Of a stretch of 64,000 nt of DNA, positions 1 to 11,452 are shown in pieces. The notes under the pieces are model-generated. The model was not told where the DNA came from and ran no database searches. It saw only the letters and a program-made list of their open reading frames with translations. Origin of the DNA: Naegleria gruberi (lineage: Eukaryota). Both the position numbers and the translations under genes were made by a program. The stretch lies in the NCBI GenBank assembly GCA_000004985.1, contig GG738892.1; one strand, given 5' to 3'. The stretch's first letter is position 1; each line of letters begins with the position of its first letter.

Positions 1-72
1 TTGTAAGTAGCTACTCCATGTCTTGAATTTATTATTATTATTGAAACATGTTCAATCTACTATATATAGATT

Positions 73-2214
73 CTACCTCTTCTTACACATATGATTCAAT
101 AAAATCTGTGCATTCATCATTGCAATACGTTTCTCATTATGCAAACCATCTGTATGTATTCCCTTAAATGAATTTCCCCAAAATGTCGTTTGTTCCAATG
201 GAACATATTCAATAAAATCTTCATACTTGGCAATTTCTCTTCTTATAATAGTATTGGTTAGTGCAAAAATCAATTCTGGACCCACTCTTGGATCATGTGA
301 TGGTACAACCTCTCTCCATAAGATTCTTAATTTTCTATTCTTTACATGCCATTCATTGACCAATTTAAAGAATTGAGAAACGAGGGGAGCAAAACTATCA
401 AAAATCCACTGAGTATCAAATGTCTTAAATCCTCCAATACCATAATGACCAGCCATTTCATGAAAAGTAAATGTCATTACTGCCACATCTGATTCCAGAG
501 CAATATTTGTTAGTTCATTCCTAGCTGCTTCCAATTCTAAAATACTTTTAATTCCACCCCACTTTTGATCAGGGAATGCATGAGCTAGTCCTCTACTTTT
601 TATAATAAACTTGTCATGTTCCACTACACAATATCTAAGATTAGCCTTTTTTAATTTTCTACCATTAAATTCTCTGAGGAATTTAAATTTTTGAGAGACT
701 GAAGGATCATATTCTATTAACCAATCGAGAATTCGAGAAAATAATTCATCCACTGATGAATCTCCAAAGAAGGCAATCCTCTTACCATGAAAACAATTAT
801 GTACTTCCTGAGCACTATAAATGTAATAGGGATGAGTTAATGCTTCTCCTGAATGTGTAGACATGTCTGATCCATGAATTGGTACATATACTTGATTTGT
901 TCCAATTGTATTAAATAGTAACTGTTGATTATTATCATTATTTTGCATTTTACAAATAATATTATCACAATTATTTCCATAACTAGATCTAATCCACAAA
1001 CCAAATTTTTCATCAAAAATCTTTTTAGCAAGTCTTTGGTAGGGATCCTGTAAATTGTCTCCAAATAATTGTAATTGTAATAATGTTTTAAACTTGGCAT
1101 ATTCCTGTATAACATAATTTCTATGTGATTCAAATGAATCAGATGATGATGAAATGGATTCTTTTCTTTCCAAACTAAATGGAATTCTTGCAATTTGAAT
1201 GCCAAAACTTTCAGAAAAATCAAAACTTGGACTTGAATATTGTTTAGCAGAGAAACAATGGTGCATCATTCTAATATCTACTTGAAATTCTCCTCCTTTC
1301 AATCTTGGAAGAAAAAATTGTCCAATATAAACTCTCTTATTTCTTTTTGAAGTAAATTGTTTGATATCAATGAAAATATTTTCCCGATCCAATTGTGTTT
1401 GTTCAATATCATCAATTTCATTGACATATTGTTTTATATTTTCATTAAATTGTCTAGTTTCCACTATTGGAATAAATTTTGTAAAAGAGACTGCCATACC
1501 AGTATCATAATCCCCAAAATTTGTAGTATTTACAATGGTAGGATAGTATTCACTCTCCTTTTCTACAATTCTTGCATGAAATAATTGAAAATAGGGTGAA
1601 TCCAAATCATATCTATCAAAACTTTCAATTCTCAAAAAATAGACATGTTCCATTGCACTCTTAAATGGTCCAAATACTTTCACCAATCTAGTATCTAAAT
1701 GTTTTTTCGAACACTCATAATGTGCTTTTCCAATCATTGTTTTTGAAATTGAACCAAGTTGTAATATATTTGAATTTGTATCAATTTGTCTCTTCAATGA
1801 ATACTTTTCAAAGTACTCTGTATCATTGTAATAATATTTAAAAGGTATGGGTTGAATTAATTGGGCTGAGTTTAGTAGTGATGATGATGTGGTGGTGGTG
1901 TTAATAGTGCCCCTATCTGATAGTAATATAACTACTTTTGAATGAGTTTCAGCAATTCTTTTAAATTTAATTTCCTCCCAGAATGGTATTTCCTCCCATT
2001 TCAAAATTCCTTGAGCAAACATGAAGAATGTAGTAACAATTGAAAATATAGAAATTGCTATGGTTATGAGAATTTGTAATTTAGAGGTAGAAGAAGACAA
2101 TGACGATGATGGATTGTAGAAATTATTGTCATCATCATGATGACTTTTGTCACCTATTGTCATGGAAAATAATTTGGAAAATTGTAGAGTCAATCGATAA
2201 ATTATTGTTTGCAT
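73..2214 (-). CDS. Type II (signal-anchor) membrane protein with a GDS-motif SGNH/PC-esterase-like domain; resembles the N-terminal (esterase) half of CASD1/Cas1p
   Basis: 713-aa uninterrupted ORF. N-proximal hydrophobic stretch ILITIAISIFSIVTTFFMFA is a signal anchor. Motif KRIAFFGDSSVDELFSRIL matches the GDS catalytic-serine block of PC-esterase/CASD1 N-domains (recalled as hhFhGDSxxRQLF). Partner gene on the opposite strand 184 bp away encodes the Cas1 TM domain. Confidence 0.5.
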   Translation of the reverse strand: MQTIIYRLTLQFSKLFSMTIGDKSHHDDDNNFYNPSSSLSSSTSKLQILITIAISIFSIVTTFFMFAQGILKWEEIPFWEEIKFKRIAETHSKVVILLSDRGTINTTTTSSSLLNSAQLIQPIPFKYYYNDTEYFEKYSLKRQIDTNSNILQLGSISKTMIGKAHYECSKKHLDTRLVKVFGPFKSAMEHVYFLRIESFDRYDLDSPYFQLFHARIVEKESEYYPTIVNTTNFGDYDTGMAVSFTKFIPIVETRQFNENIKQYVNEIDDIEQTQLDRENIFIDIKQFTSKRNKRVYIGQFFLPRLKGGEFQVDIRMMHHCFSAKQYSSPSFDFSESFGIQIARIPFSLERKESISSSSDSFESHRNYVIQEYAKFKTLLQLQLFGDNLQDPYQRLAKKIFDEKFGLWIRSSYGNNCDNIICKMQNNDNNQQLLFNTIGTNQVYVPIHGSDMSTHSGEALTHPYYIYSAQEVHNCFHGKRIAFFGDSSVDELFSRILDWLIEYDPSVSQKFKFLREFNGRKLKKANLRYCVVEHDKFIIKSRGLAHAFPDQKWGGIKSILELEAARNELTNIALESDVAVMTFTFHEMAGHYGIGGFKTFDTQWIFDSFAPLVSQFFKLVNEWHVKNRKLRILWREVVPSHDPRVGPELIFALTNTIIRREIAKYEDFIEYVPLEQTTFWGNSFKGIHTDGLHNEKRIAMMNAQILLNHMCKKR

Positions 2215-2398
2215 GTTGAGGAGATGAGATGTATTCTCATTATTTAATGTATTTTTTTTTCTGTTTCGCTAAACAAATTGATAAAAAGAGTAACCCATTT
2301 CTTAATACTATTCACTATTTAATAACTTTTAAAGATTCATTGTCAATTTTATTTTAAAAATGGACGCACAGTTTGCTCACAAAGGCTAACGAACAAAT
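2215..2398. promoter_or_regulatory. 184-bp bidirectional promoter region between the two halves of the split CASD1-like pair
   Basis: Start codons at 2214 (minus) and 2399 (plus) diverge. Contains T9 run and AT-rich sequence. Inferred from arrangement. Confidence 0.35.
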
Positions 2399-4345
2399 TT
2401 GGTTTCATCTCTCTCATATATTTATGCACACATAAAAACAATTGCTGTGATGATAACACTTGCCACCAGTTGGATTTTCTCCTTTGTATTTGTGCAGGCA
2501 TTTCAATTCTTTTGTCCATCATCATCACAACATTATGAAGTAAAACAACAACAACCAACATCATCATCATCATCAATAGAAAAACAGGAATATGAAAAAG
2601 GAAATAGTAATCATCTTCATGCAAATTCCGATACTGCTGATAGAGATGAGGTTGCACTTCCTCCGACACAACAACAACAACACTTGAATAGAAGAAGTGT
2701 TTTTTCTTCATATGTATCGAGTGATGGTGGTATAACAATGGTTACTACTAAGAATAATGAACATCTACTTCACCGTATTTCATTGAGGGAGTTATATAGT
2801 AATTTATTTTCAAAATTCAATGTGTTAATCACAAATTTAGGAATTTTAGGTGTAATTTTATTACTAGTTTATTTAGGTCATACAAAAAATCCACTCCTAT
2901 TCGAAACAACTGAAAAGGTCTATTCTAGGGATTTATTTATTTCAATTTGTGTTGCATCTTTAATTTGTGGAATTTTAACATTGACAAGGAATAGTGATGA
3001 AACAGTTGTAACAATTTTATCAAGAGAACAATCAGAAGAGTGGAAAGGATGGATGCAACTTATTTTTCTACTCTATCACTACTATAATGTACAAGAAATT
3101 TATGCTCCAATTAGGTTATTTGTTAGTTGCTATGTCTGGATGTCAGGATTTGGGAATTTTTCATATTTTTATAATAGTAAGGGAGATTTATCCTTAAAAA
3201 GATTTTTACAAATGTTGTGGAGATTAAATTTCTCTGCTGTTGCATTTTGTCTAGTTACAGGAAATAGTTATTTCCTCTATTATATTGTACCACTTCATAC
3301 CATGTATTTTCTAATGATATTTATTGTGATGAGAATTGGACAACATTTGAATGAAAGTTTCCTTTATATTCGAATCAAATTAATTGCTAATTTATTAATT
3401 ATTTATGCTATTTGGGAAACACCTGCACTGTATCGTTTAGTTTTTGCAGGACCTTTTGATTTGTGGAAGCAATATTTGTGGAATTCCAATTTGGATTATC
3501 ATGATTTTTATTTCAGAACTTATCTCGATCATTACTCTGCATTTTTTGGAATGCTATTTGCTTTGAATTTTGATTCTTTGAAAGAATTAATGAATAATAT
3601 CAATAAGAGTAGCTATAGAATTATCATTTCTACTGTTCTAATTATTTTAACCACTACCATGATAGCTATATGGTGTTACATTTATTTCCCACAAACAAAA
3701 ACAGTATACAATTCATTTCATCCCTATTTTAGTTGTGTTCCAATAATTGCCTATGTTTACTTGAGAAATTCAACATCATTACTAAGAAGTTACTATATGA
3801 AGTTTTATCAATTTATTGGAGTTGTAACAATGGAGACTTATCTTCTTCAACATCATTTATTAATGACTGATAATGCTAAAAGTATTTTAGTAATAAGAGG
3901 AATGAAAGAATTTCCACTATTGAACAGTATTCTGTTTTCCTTATTATTTATTTTTCTATCTTATCAACTCTATGATGTTACTATCAAGTTGAGAGATTGT
4001 TTATTTACAATGATTTCTGATTGGGCTAGATTTGGAATATTTTTTGGATATTGTTCAATAATGTACTTGTTTACCTATTTACTACAAGATAGTATTTTAA
4101 AAAGGAATAGTTTATTCTTGATCATTGTATTCATATTCATACTGACATTCATTCAATTGATTGGATTGGGAATATATTCATACTTTTCGCCTCACATTTC
4201 CAAAAAACATCTTTCATTAATACTGGTGACACTATGTGGAGGTGTAATATTGTTCCTATTAATATTCAAACATGTTAATAGCACTTCATATTCCCAAAAA
4301 GAGGTGAATGGATCATTGGAAATAGTTATTATCAAGGATTTTTAG
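2399..4345 (+). CDS. Cas1-family multi-pass membrane O-acetyltransferase domain protein (CASD1 C-terminal half / plant RWA-like)
   Basis: 648-aa ORF with about 10-12 predicted TM helices. Motif block YHYYNVQEIYAPIRLFVSCYVWMSGFGNFSYFY...RFLQMLWRLNF matches my recollection of the conserved Cas1_AcylT core (…[22 protein letters not shown]…RFTQMMWRLNF in metazoan CASD1). The N-terminus has poly-Ser/Gln low complexity. Confidence 0.65.
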   Translation: MVSSLSYIYAHIKTIAVMITLATSWIFSFVFVQAFQFFCPSSSQHYEVKQQQPTSSSSSIEKQEYEKGNSNHLHANSDTADRDEVALPPTQQQQHLNRRSVFSSYVSSDGGITMVTTKNNEHLLHRISLRELYSNLFSKFNVLITNLGILGVILLLVYLGHTKNPLLFETTEKVYSRDLFISICVASLICGILTLTRNSDETVVTILSREQSEEWKGWMQLIFLLYHYYNVQEIYAPIRLFVSCYVWMSGFGNFSYFYNSKGDLSLKRFLQMLWRLNFSAVAFCLVTGNSYFLYYIVPLHTMYFLMIFIVMRIGQHLNESFLYIRIKLIANLLIIYAIWETPALYRLVFAGPFDLWKQYLWNSNLDYHDFYFRTYLDHYSAFFGMLFALNFDSLKELMNNINKSSYRIIISTVLIILTTTMIAIWCYIYFPQTKTVYNSFHPYFSCVPIIAYVYLRNSTSLLRSYYMKFYQFIGVVTMETYLLQHHLLMTDNAKSILVIRGMKEFPLLNSILFSLLFIFLSYQLYDVTIKLRDCLFTMISDWARFGIFFGYCSIMYLFTYLLQDSILKRNSLFLIIVFIFILTFIQLIGLGIYSYFSPHISKKHLSLILVTLCGGVILFLLIFKHVNSTSYSQKEVNGSLEIVIIKDF

Positions 4346-4736
4346 TAATTTGTAGTTCTTTAGCAATTATATTTAGTGGAGATTCACTTTTTGGAATATT
4401 TCATGTTGCTTGCAGATTGGCGACAAGGAATTTCACTTCCAAAAACATTATTCCAAGCTCTCTTTAAAGTTTATGGTGCTGCTTATTAAAACATAGCAAA
4501 GATTTTCTCAAATCTTTAATGTTTGGTAAATGATTTAATATTTAAATTGTACCTTCAGTTGTTTATCATTTGAATAATATTTAGACAAGTAATTTCAATT
4601 TTAGATTTAAAAAGTGTAAATCCTCTTTACAATTCTTCATACTACTACAGCTTTTCTTTTTTTTTCAAATTGTTGACACTTTAACAAGATTTATTAAAAT
4701 GAGTTTAATAAATGAATGAACAATGTTTAAAACATT

Positions 4737-5963
4737 TTAGTCATTAATGAATTCAAATACAGGACCATTATTAGGATTAAAGGAAAATGCAGGATATAAT
4801 TCTGGATTATTTGGTACGCCAGTAAATGCTGTACCATTTTGAGAACCATTAATCTTGTACGATATTTTCCCATCCTTCAATTCACATTCAATAATTGAAC
4901 CATCTTCAATTTTTCGTCCAAAATAATTAATTCCAAACCCGGCATTGGAAAATATAACTCCTTTTCTGGTATTTAAAAAGTAACCAGATGGATAGTGTAG
5001 ACGGTCAAGTTGCATAGTTCGAGGTGCAAAACCAATATATAAATCAGTGCAGTTAGAAATTAATTTAACTTTAAATAAATTGGTGCTAGTTCCTAAAACA
5101 CCTGCATAAGGTTGTCCATTATAAATATGTATTCCCCTAACTCTAGTGGAAGAGTCCATTTGAATATTTGATGAACAATACTTTGCATCAAATTCAACTT
5201 TATATCCACAATCAATTGAATATTTTGATTTTAATATCTTCTTTCCATTTATAGGTAATATTTCATAAATAGGTGTTAATTGATAATAAACAATTTCCTC
5301 AATAAAATCATTCAAATCATGTTCATTTAAACTTGATAATTTAGATGAAATATCAATTCCTCTTAAATAATTTAAAATTAAATGAAATTGTTCATTGGGT
5401 CTATCAATAAAGAATGAATTATCATCTTCCTCTGCTGTTGGATTAAATAAATCATTAAAATAACCAGTAAAGAATGTATCGTTAACACTTTTTAAAGTTA
5501 CTAAATTTGTGGCAAATATTTTACCACCAACATTAAGTTTTACAACTTGATTCTTTCCTAATTTAGTTTCAATGGTTGTGCTTGGTGATAATTTTGTTTC
5601 CAAATTAAATATTCTTTCTTCACGTTCTTTCAAGTCTTTGACAATTTCTTTGGTTTCTTCTTCAAATTCTTTTTTAATTCTTTCTTCTTCTTGTTTCAAT
5701 GTTTCTTCTTTTTTAGCGAGATCAGATTCCTTCCTATTTAATTCAATTTCCTTGTCATTTAAATCCTTTTCAACTTGCATTAATTTCACTGATTGTTTTT
5801 CATAGTGATCAAATATGGAATCTAATTGATCTTTTAGAGTTAATGATTGATTTCTTGTTTGTTCCAAATCTTTTTTAATTTGTGAATCGTCATAAGCAGA
5901 AGAACTAGTTGCATATGATTCGGATGTGTATGATGATGGTTGTTTGGTTTTCTTCTTTCCCAT
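4737..5963 (-). CDS. Coiled-coil + BTB/POZ (K-channel-tetramerisation T1 type) + SPRY-like domain protein
   Basis: 408 aa. The N-terminus is a heptad-rich, E/K-rich coiled coil. VKLNVGGKIFATNLVTLKSV...FFIDRPNEQFHLILNYLRG is a classical KCTD/T1 BTB signature. The C-terminal approx. 150 aa ending ...PELYPAFSFNPNNGPVFEFIND looks like a SPRY/B30.2 fold. Confidence 0.55.
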   Translation of the reverse strand: MGKKKTKQPSSYTSESYATSSSAYDDSQIKKDLEQTRNQSLTLKDQLDSIFDHYEKQSVKLMQVEKDLNDKEIELNRKESDLAKKEETLKQEEERIKKEFEEETKEIVKDLKEREERIFNLETKLSPSTTIETKLGKNQVVKLNVGGKIFATNLVTLKSVNDTFFTGYFNDLFNPTAEEDDNSFFIDRPNEQFHLILNYLRGIDISSKLSSLNEHDLNDFIEEIVYYQLTPIYEILPINGKKILKSKYSIDCGYKVEFDAKYCSSNIQMDSSTRVRGIHIYNGQPYAGVLGTSTNLFKVKLISNCTDLYIGFAPRTMQLDRLHYPSGYFLNTRKGVIFSNAGFGINYFGRKIEDGSIIECELKDGKISYKINGSQNGTAFTGVPNNPELYPAFSFNPNNGPVFEFIND

Positions 5964-6275
5964 TTTCTTTCGATTGTTGTTACGAATATTGTTATGATTA
6001 GTTAAGATTTAGTTAGGTTATGAATTCCCATCTTTAAAATAACCACAGAATAAATAAAATGCACTATCAGGAGTTTAATTCAATACTCTGCAGCAAACTT
6101 ACTCAAAAGGTTGGTTTTGTTGGTGTATTGACCTGAAAAGTCATCTTAAAATCCCCGTCATCAATGGGGAAACATAATGTCTTAACCGATGGTGAGTTGG
6201 TCGAGTGGTCTAAGACGACACGTTAAGGTATTATTAATACCTTGGGAATTTGAGGATTTCAATAATGATGCTCAG

Positions 6276-6485
6276 ATTGTACAGATTAGACTCGGAGAGA
6301 AACATGCCTTATTCTTGTCCAAGTTGGGAAGAGTTTTTTCATGTGGAAGTAATAGTGCCGGTCAATTGGGTAATCCTTTGAGAAAGGAATGTAACAACCC
6401 TGTGGAAATATTACAGAGCTTGTTTGTGGAGCCCTATCAAAATGATCTAAAAATTGTTTCAACCTTTTCATCAAGTGTGTTTTAG
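6276..6485 (+). CDS. RCC1-repeat-like coding fragment (isolated exon or gene relic)
   Basis: Translation IVQIRLGEKHALFLSKLGRVFSCGSNSAGQLGNPL... fits the RCC1/beta-propeller blade consensus (HxxALxxxGxVxxWGxNxxGQLG). Only about 1.3 repeats are present. No clean upstream exon in frame. The ORF-track Met at 6189 overlaps a GTGAGT donor-like site. Confidence 0.25.
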   Translation: MVQIRLGEKHALFLSKLGRVFSCGSNSAGQLGNPLRKECNNPVEILQSLFVEPYQNDLKIVSTFSSSVF

Positions 6486-6831
6486 TGTAAATGCTCACAA
6501 CAGGAGTTGTCCCAATACCAATACTGGAGTGTAGGTTTTATTAAGGACTGGAGTTTCCAATAGTTCATCAAAGTGCTCATTTCAAAACTCACTTTTGGAA
6601 ATAATATGCCTTATGTGGTCATGGTGTTCCATTCCCGCTCAAAAAAAAATGACAAGTTGTGATGTTAGTGTGGTGTTGCAGAATTGTAGAGAAAGGCTTT
6701 CTTTTTTACCATCATCAGCCTTTGATAATTTAATAATACAACAAGAAGAAGAAGAAAAAACATCATCATCATCTTTATATCATAGTCATCATTATTTTGG
6801 TGCTAATTCTTTTAAATTATCTTCATCATCC

Positions 6832-7566
6832 ATGAATATTCGGAACATGATGGTTCATCCATTTTCATTATGTATTTTATTGATCATTTCGATAATGATG
6901 ATACAACCATCATTATCTCATGAAATATCATCAACAACAATAACTAGTAGTAGTAGCAGCAATACAATAGATAATAGTCTTCGAACAAGTATAACAAGTA
7001 TTGTACCATCAAATTTATTTATTAATTTAATAGCAACACCACAAACAAGTGGTAAATCTAGTAATTCAACATTTACATTTAATGTTGTTCCTATTGCTAT
7101 AGGAGACAAGACTGATGTTACTTGTTTAGAATGTACATTACATGCTCCTATTATTTATTTAGTTATCAATGATTATGGAATTTCGTTTCAATATCAACTT
7201 GTTACTAATAATCAATGCCCTAGTGATTTTATCAAGTATTTTAATCAAAATAATTATTCTGATCCAGATGCTTTCTTTACTGAAACTCTTTCTTATTCAC
7301 CACAATATTCTATTGGTAATTTGGTAAATGTTACTTCTAGTCAAGATTTATTTACAATTTATGGTGTTTTATACAGAAATAATGAAAAAATGAATTCTGG
7401 AGTTAATTGCGTCAATATTAAATATTCAAATAATGAAATTGACACCATTGCAATTAATTTGGCTGCCAATGGATCGTGTCCTCCAATATCATCATCTCCA
7501 TCATGTAAATTATCTTCTGATACCTTATTTATTGTTGAACAATTTGTTTATATTAAGAAAAAGTAA
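6832..7566 (+). CDS. Small secreted Ser/Thr/Asn-rich cysteine-containing protein (unknown function)
   Basis: Met at 6832 is followed by a hydrophobic signal peptide MNIRNMMVHPFSLCILLIISIMMIQPSLS. The ORF-track entry starts earlier (6595), but that N-extension is non-hydrophobic. There are 8 Cys and multiple NxS/T sequons. Confidence 0.35.
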   Translation: MNIRNMMVHPFSLCILLIISIMMIQPSLSHEISSTTITSSSSSNTIDNSLRTSITSIVPSNLFINLIATPQTSGKSSNSTFTFNVVPIAIGDKTDVTCLECTLHAPIIYLVINDYGISFQYQLVTNNQCPSDFIKYFNQNNYSDPDAFFTETLSYSPQYSIGNLVNVTSSQDLFTIYGVLYRNNEKMNSGVNCVNIKYSNNEIDTIAINLAANGSCPPISSSPSCKLSSDTLFIVEQFVYIKKK

Positions 7567-7644
7567 TATTTTTATTAAACTTGTTTTATTTATTGTGTGA
7601 TATTATTAAAATATATTATTCTTAAATATGATTAATATTTAATT

Positions 7645-10600
7645 TTATTCTTGGTTATTGAAATAGTCATTAAATAACTGGTTAACATGTTCAATTGAAA
7701 GTGAATATAAATTAGTATTAGCATTACTATTAGAAAGTGTATTATTATTGCTACTCCTATCTTCATCCTTCTTCATAATTGGTTCAAATATGGTAAATAA
7801 AATATGAATAAGTTGTTGTAAACTTGGACTCTGATAACCGTATTGATTAGCAATCTTTGAAATGATAGTATTCTTAAATGTTGAACTACATGATAAGAAG
7901 AGTAAAATATCACTTTCCAAATCAAAAGATAATAATCTATAAATAATACATGCCATATTAAGATAATCTTCATGAGTATTATTTGATTTGGCATTAATTT
8001 TCAAATCAGTTAAAACCATTCTATCAACTTGATCATTATTTATGGAAATTAAAATATTAGTCAACTTTAAATTTCCATGATATTGATGTGAAACAATTTC
8101 AAATAAACGTTTTGTAATTGATTTTAATAATCTGTGTGAAATTGGTTTTCTTAAATTAGTAATAAGTTGATGTAAATCAATCATATTAGATTGATATTCA
8201 GTTACAATACAAAATTGTCTTCCATTAATTGGTGAAAACCATTCAAATCCATCCAAAATTGGAAGTATATGTTTCTTATTACTTAATTTAATCATATATT
8301 GAATAAATGTATTTAAATCTAATTTTGAATACATTTTAATAACAACATTTTGATTACTTGTTAAATCTTTAAATAAATGTGATTCACTATTAAATGATAA
8401 TTCATTATTATTACTACTATTATTGGAATAATTATTAATAGTATTATTATTACTATTATTATTAAATTGATAAGTGTGTAATTGTTGATGTTGATTAAAT
8501 AATTTTAATGGTCTAATTAATTGATACTTGTTTTGAATTAAACTTGTTGAATTAATTAATTGTTGTTGTTGTTGTTGAGGTTTTACAATTTCATTCAATG
8601 GTTGATAACCCAATTCTTCATCTAATTTGTTAAATAATTGATTATCCATAAGTGATGATGATGATAATGACATTGAATTAAATTGTGCTTCCAAATCAAT
8701 TTCTTGTGTTTTTGTTAATTCTACAAATGGAATTGTATTATTATTACTTGAATATTGATTATTTAATGTTTGTTTTACAATAATTCTATTTAAATTTGGA
8801 TATTCTTTTAAAAATTCAAATGAATCATTATCTAAATCAAGTAATGTTTGACATTGTTCATCATAATAATAATAAATATTTTCATTCTTTACAATATTAC
8901 CATAAATAGAATTATGAATTGCTGTTTTAAGCTCCATAGCATTTAATATATTATTTAATTTAATCTTTTTCTTAATTGTTGTATTCTTTCCATTCATACA
9001 AGTAGCTGTTATAAATAGTAATAGAGTTTTTCTTGCATAATTATTATTATCAATATTATTACTATTATCATTATTTAATAGTATGATATTAGAGTTATTA
9101 TTATTGGTAGATATTAAATTACTATTATTAGAAGGTGAAATAGAAGTTAATAATGGTGGATCTCTTAAATATTTAACAATTGAATCATGTTGATGATCCA
9201 ATGCTAATTGTAATGCATTTTTACCATTTAAATTAATGGAATGAACATCAGCATGATATTGTTCTACTAGTAATTTAACCAAATCAAAATGTCCCTTTTT
9301 AGATGCACACATTAATGGAGTATAACCATATTTAGCATCTCTAACATTGGCAGATTCACCACATGATAATAAAAATTTAACAACATCTAAATGACCAGTA
9401 AATGATGCATTATGAATAGGTCTATTACCATTCTTGGTTGGTATGGTAAAATCTGCCTTTTTCTTTACTAATAATTTGGCAATTTCCAAATTATTATATC
9501 GACATGCCAAACCAATAGGTGTCCAATTAATTTTAGTTCCCCTAGCATTAATTAAATCTTGAGATTGATTAGGATAATACAAATCAATCATTTCAATTAG
9601 AAATTGTGCCATTTGAGTATGTCCTTTCTGTGAACACCAATGAAGTGGTGAATAGGACCACTCATCAGGTTCACGTATTACTAAATATTCTCTATTTTTC
9701 ATAATCATATTTTCAACAGTGAATAAATCATTCTTTTTAACAGCTTTGAAAAAGAATTGATTCAATGGTTCTCTAATATTCTTTCTCTCTAATTCTCTAA
9801 TAAATAATTCAACTATTTGTGAATGACCTTTTTCATAGGCCCAATATAATGCTGTATCTCCTTCTTTACTTTTTATGGAAACATCCGCACCACGTGAAAG
9901 TAAATATCTGACAGCATCAATATGACCTTCCTGAGATGCCATCATGAGTGGTGTAAATTGATCTTTACTATCTTGAACATTAACATCTTCTCCACCAAAT
10001 TCAACTAACAATTTCAATACTTCCAAACTATTATAAAATGCAGCTGAATGAATAGGTCTATTACCACTTGTAGTTGTGAGAGACATGACACTTCCTGCTT
10101 GTAATAATAATTTAGCAACATGTGAATGATTATATTTAGCAGATAAACCAAGTGGTGTCCATTTAGTTCTCAATGATTTTCTATTAATTAAATGTTTAAC
10201 TATTTGTGGTGAAAATTGTTCTTGTGCAAATTTAATTAAAATTTGTGCTGTTTGATAACAACCCTTCTGAGCAATCCAATGAAAACAACTATATCTCCAT
10301 TCATCATCTTCAACACAATTTAAATAATTTGGATTTAATTTAATTAATTGTTGGACGAGAATGTAATTATCCTTCTTTACATGTCTAATAAAATATGGAA
10401 CACATAATTGTTGTAATGTTAAATTATTATTCAGCTGTTGACTTGTTAAATTATAATCCAATGTATTGCTAGTAGTTGTAGAAGTAGTAGTAGTTGTAGA
10501 TAAATTAGTAATAGTAGTAGAGGTAGTATGATGATTATTTTGATTATTATTTTGATTAATGACATATAATAAAGATTGAGTATTATTCTTTAAAAATCTA

Positions 10601-11415
10601 CAAACATCTTCATTATTAATTTTAAAAGCCAAATCTCTTGGATTTTCATTACTAAAATTAAATAAAGTTTCATCTGCCAACATGTCATTAATTAATGAAA
10701 TGACTAATTCTAAATGACCTGATAAAATTGATAAATGTAATGGTGTATTACCATTTAAAGAAGTATGTCTAATATTAACATCTTCACCATATTCAATTAA
10801 TAATTTTACCATTTTAATATTTCCATGATAAATTGCTAATGTATGAATAGGTCTATTATTGGAAATATTTACAATTGAATAATCTGCTCCTTTTTCTAAT
10901 AATAATTTCATCATATCATATGCATTAGATTGTTCATTTAATATTAATTTACTATTTATGGAATTATTTATGGATGGTGTAATAAATTTAGTTAATAATT
11001 GACCACTATGTTTACAAAGTAAATTTAAAGGTGTCCATTGATTAATATTTGTTGTTTGATTAATCCAATCTTTTAATTGATCTTTTCCAAATAATCTTTC
11101 AAAATTATCAATTAAATAATAAAATATTTCTCTATTGACAGTTTGACATGCAATGTGAAGTGGTGTATATTTCCATTCTTGACATGATGTTGTTTTTAAT
11201 AAAAATCTACCAATCTTCTCCATTAAAATGTCACACGTCAATACATCATTTTGTTCAATACATTGCATGAAATGATCAATGAGTGAATTTAATAATTTCA
11301 TTTCATTAGTATTCTTTTGTATATCAATATCTTCATTAATTGTATTATATTCAATATTATTTTCTATATTATTGTTGCTATTATTATTAGATATATTTCC
11401 ATTTATAGTAGTAGT

Positions 11416-11452
<37 letters not shown>

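Noticed and set aside
837-1584. Small ORFs (837-1223 minus, 1357-1584 plus) nested in or antisense to the 73-2214 gene. Similar cases are 5572-5805, 6918-7109, 7773-7994, 11279-12588, 14073-15672, 16427-17177, 21429-24649, 28392-30427, 33420-33632, 35111-36226 and 37550-38806
   Set aside because: They overlap much longer ORFs with recognisable domains. They are low-complexity (poly-L/I/K/N from AT-rich or repeat DNA) and show no family features. I treat them as frame artefacts.
6189-6262. Possible tRNA (GGTGAGTTGGTCGAGTGGTCTAAGACG… resembles a class II tRNA-Leu/Ser acceptor + D-arm, followed by a perfect 8-bp hairpin AAGGTATT/AATACCTT)
   Set aside because: No T-arm (no GTTCGAATC-like sequence) and no properly spaced anticodon stem could be folded. 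The region is better explained as a GTGAGT splice donor plus intron hairpin next to an RCC1-like exon.
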